Shown piece after piece: positions 60,293 to 64,000 of a stretch of 64,000 nt of DNA. This DNA comes from Podarcis cretensis. Its lineage: Eukaryota. The notes under the pieces were generated by a model. The model was not told the origin of the DNA. It ran no database searches and saw only the letters and a program-made list of their open reading frames with translations. Location: assembly GCA_951804945.1 (NCBI GenBank), contig OX638151.1, forward strand, positions 60,574,001 to 60,638,000, read 5' to 3'. Positions within the stretch are counted from its first letter, which is position 1, and every line of letters starts with the position of its first letter. A program made the position numbers and the translations under genes.

Positions 60293-63200
60293 TAAGCTTA
60301 AAAATAAGGCATTAGTAAATGGGTGGCTATGCACCACAATATACATGAAATAGCCTTTACTACAGGGTTGGGGGACATTTTGGGGGGTTGAGAGCTTCAG
60401 TGGGTGTTTAGAGACGTGTTGGAGTTGCATTTGGGCAGGAGCACAGGCAAAACCAAAAGGAGGTGGGATCTGAACATCCAGTTAAATAAATTGTTTCAGA
60501 AACCCCTACCCTTGAATATAAAAACTAAGATTAGAGAATTAATATTAACACAGGCATAAGTCTGATAGTGCTCCCTGACATTCTTATTTTGATATTTGCT
60601 TTCTTTTGTTTGTAACTATATCCACACCTTCCTTAATGGTTTTATTACTGCCATTTGCCACTTCCCTTTGTTTGTATTTTTATTCCTTTTATTTGGCATG
60701 TCACACTTCCATGTTTGTGTCCATTCATTCCCTCCCCACATTTTTAAATTACTTTTGTTTTCTTGAGCTGTTTCCTTTCATTAATTGTGAGGTGGGAAGG
60801 GGTTTATTTCCCCCCCTCTCCTTTGCAAAACAGACATGTCACTGATGCTCTTAATTCAAGAGCAGTAGCAGGCAACCATAAAGTACACAAGACAGACTGC
60901 ACAGTAGACTTTCAACCAGATGTGCTTATGGTCAGAAGGAAAGACAATAGCAAGGGGCTATAGGACCAGCACTGAGTTTGGTGCTGCAGTGCAGAAGATG
61001 AAAATAAAGTTATGGGTAACAGAAAAGGCAAAAATAAGGTTATAATGCACTGGTGGGGTAAATTTAGCAGTGGAGGTAGAGGGCAACCAATTGAATGCAG
61101 ATTTCTTTCCTATGTATAGTTACAACTATCCTGGGTTTTATTTTGTACATTTATTTGGTGGTCCAGGCTCAGTCTTGCAAACTCTGGATCTTTCTAAAAA
61201 TGTTATTTTGAGAAAAACGAACCTCTTTTCTAAATTTATGTTAATTTCTAGACGTAATGTTTGACAAATTGTGTATAAAATAATATGTGCTCAGTGTCTC
61301 AGATTCCAAGCTATATAAGTGGCTTCTTTAGGGCAAGTGTAACTACAGAAATTAACAATTGACAGACTGTAGTGTAATGTGTGTGGTAGATTTCTCACCC
61401 CAATCCTAAAGCTGAATGCTTCTTTTAAAGATTACCTTTGTATAAACACAGTACTGTGCAAAGCTATAATCCTTAAATGCAAATAGAGATGAAACGTCAA
61501 TTTAGTTGTAGCATTTAACAGAGAAGGTAAAGTTTCATCTATAGGTCAGGTATTTTCAGTGTTGATGTATTAGAATAATGGCATGGATCATTGACAATTT
61601 GTACTAATTACAGAAGTGACTATTCTTAAGAGTCCAGAGTTCCACAGAAACCTGGCCAGATCCTAAGGAAGACCTCTTTCCCAATACAGTGAACTGGATG
61701 ATAATCTTGGACACTTGTAGTCTGTGCTGCTCTGATGTTTTCCTCATCTTGCTTCATGCTTCATCATGACTCCTGTGTTCCAGTTCCTGTTCAGAGATGC
61801 TTATAATTATGGCACATGACTAGTAAGAAAATCTAGGCCATGTGGTGTAATTGGGAGAGGAGAAGGCAGAAAATTTCTGGAGCAAACTACAAAGCCTATG
61901 GTGCCTGAAACCAAATGAGGGATTGGGTATTTGGCTGGAGAGCAAAGGGCCCTCAGGCTACAATCATAACATTCTATGGATGCAGTTTAAAAACCTGGAA
62001 CTTACACACAGCTATTCTTGACTTCATGGGCTTTTTTACATTTAAGTGATCAATTGTTTTCCCCCAACTCTAGAACAGTTATTGGACTCTTAAAGAGAAC
62101 CCTCTCCCTTAAATGTTTCATATGCTACTTCTGCACAGCCTGCTGCATGTGAGGAGAAATGTGCAGAAATGTGTTACACATTAAATTGGACTCTTTGCTT
62201 TGGTTCCTATGTTAATTTAACCAGGTAGTGCTTCTGTGTCTGATCTATCTAAGTTCTTTTTTTCTGTTATGTTTGTGTAACAGCCTACTATACCAAGTAC
62301 TTAGGAAAATAAAGCATGTGATAATGAAAGCGGATCTGTCAGAAAGATACTTCTTATCTTTTTAAAAAAAATTTAAAAATATATTTTTAAAACAATTATG
62401 TTTACTGAGACATTAAGAAAATCAGTTATTCTGAACTGCCATCTCAAAGCTAAACATTTGTAATGAAATGATTGTAATCTAGTAATAAACTTAAAATTCT
62501 AATTGAAAATAGTGAAATAAACAGAATCCTATGTCACCTAAAAAGCAAAGACAGAAAAATTAAATTAGATATTTTATCCCATGCTTTGCTTGACTTGTGT
62601 GTAGTATATGTATGTGCAATAATAAGAAATTTATTGCCTACATTTATTGAATGTGCTAAATATTGTAAAATAATTGAAAGTCTATTGCAGAAATATTTCC
62701 ATTGTACATGAATTTATAGACTAAGGTAACAGTAACAAACAATATGCTATGATTTTCTTCCTGCCACTTTATTGGCCAGATACTGAAATTAATTACAGTT
62801 TCTGGAGGCAAAATAGAGGGTTTGTAGTATCAGCTGTACCAATAGTCTTAAGGTATGTAAATTTAGAAGGCCAGCCATTCTAAAAAGATATTTGAAATGG
62901 GAAAGCAGAGCTCACATTGGGATAGGGGATTGAGATGTTCACAGCAGTGATCCCAGCTCAGACTTTAAAACTGAACATTAGGAAGAGGAAAGGAGGAGGA
63001 TGATGAAAGGTGCTCATGCGGAGCTCTCAGTGTGATGTAATTTTGATCTAAATTCTGAAAATGGGCAGAAATAATTTAGAACTTGTAAGCAATATTTTTG
63101 AGCAATTGATTTTACAAACTAATCTGAAATACTGCTTACTGTTAAGAGGCTTCAGCACATTACCGTAGTTTTGCAATCCTGAATTTACACCTGTTTATGA

Positions 63201-64000
63201 ACTATGATTTGTGAGGGGCTGCTAAACTCATATCAGACCATACTTTGAACTGATGCAGGTTTCCACAGTACAGCTTGGGCTCACTGTGATTTGCTGTTAC
63301 ATCTGAATTCAGAACCACACTTCCATGGTTCTGTCTCAAGAGGCTTACTGGTACTTCCTCATGGAGGTGGGAGTAAATTTATGAACTTGTGAAGCTGAGT
63401 TCTAAGCAGATGAAAAACACAAGAAGAGAAGCAGCTCTAAAGCACAGCTTACTTGTTCTGAAAGTGCAAACCATGGTGTAGGGTAGGTTCTGAGTTGCAC
63501 CTAACACAAACCAGAATGTTTGATGTCTCAGTTAACCAATTAGTAAGAGGTTACCATATCACTGACTTTTAAACATTTATCTTAGTGTACTTTATTAAAT
63601 GTATGAAACCGTTGAAAAATACACACTGACATGTTGTTAAAATTCCAGTGTTCAAAGTTTAAAGTGTAGCTATAGTAACTGGATACACAAGAAGCAGAGG
63701 AGTTGAATTACACTTTGAATACCAATAGCTTTCTATTTCAAGTCATTATTATGCTCTTAGTTGTTCATACAAACATTGGTCATCGGGTTGTTTGCTACAG
63801 CTGGAATTTTAGTTTTGGCAGCAGACGTTCCAAACACACTTTGAGAGCTCTAGTCAGCTGATTGTAGTATGTACAATAACATCAGGTGATCTGTACCTTC
63901 TGAGAGCAGTGTACATCTCACCAGAACTGTGTGTATTTTTAGGTTTCTTGGTTGGTAACAGGCAAGCACGCATACTTCAACATCTCAGATGAACTGAACC

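Noticed and set aside
1-64000. CRISPR arrays, rRNA or prokaryotic systems
   Set aside because: No repeat-spacer structure or rRNA similarity; the sequence is intron-rich vertebrate DNA.

Overview
Eukaryotic (squamate, most likely lacertid lizard, inferred from Sauria SINE, Squam3-type SINE, BovB and L2 repeats) genomic window. It holds three units, all on the + strand. (1) The last 22 coding exons of SHPRH (1114-30262; 1164 aa reconstructed in frame: PHD finger, SNF2 ATPase motifs, C3HC4 RING, helicase C-terminal lobe, stop codon). (2) A complete, intact 9-exon gene (37634-53879) that the ORF track shows only as scattered fragments. It encodes a ~372-aa type I membrane ZP-module protein: signal peptide, 10-Cys ZP-N/ZP-C, RTKR furin site, external hydrophobic patch, TM helix and a cytosolic tail with YPTM. 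It belongs to the UMOD/GP2/tectorin/ZPD-like group. As far as I recall, no protein-coding gene lies here in human. (3) A CpG-island promoter and non-coding first exon (~56.8-58.0 kb), probably FBXO30 by synteny. Introns carry young Sauria SINEs, Squam3-like SINEs, BovB/L2/CR1 fragments, Tc1/mariner and hAT MITEs, microsatellites and one 150-N gap.
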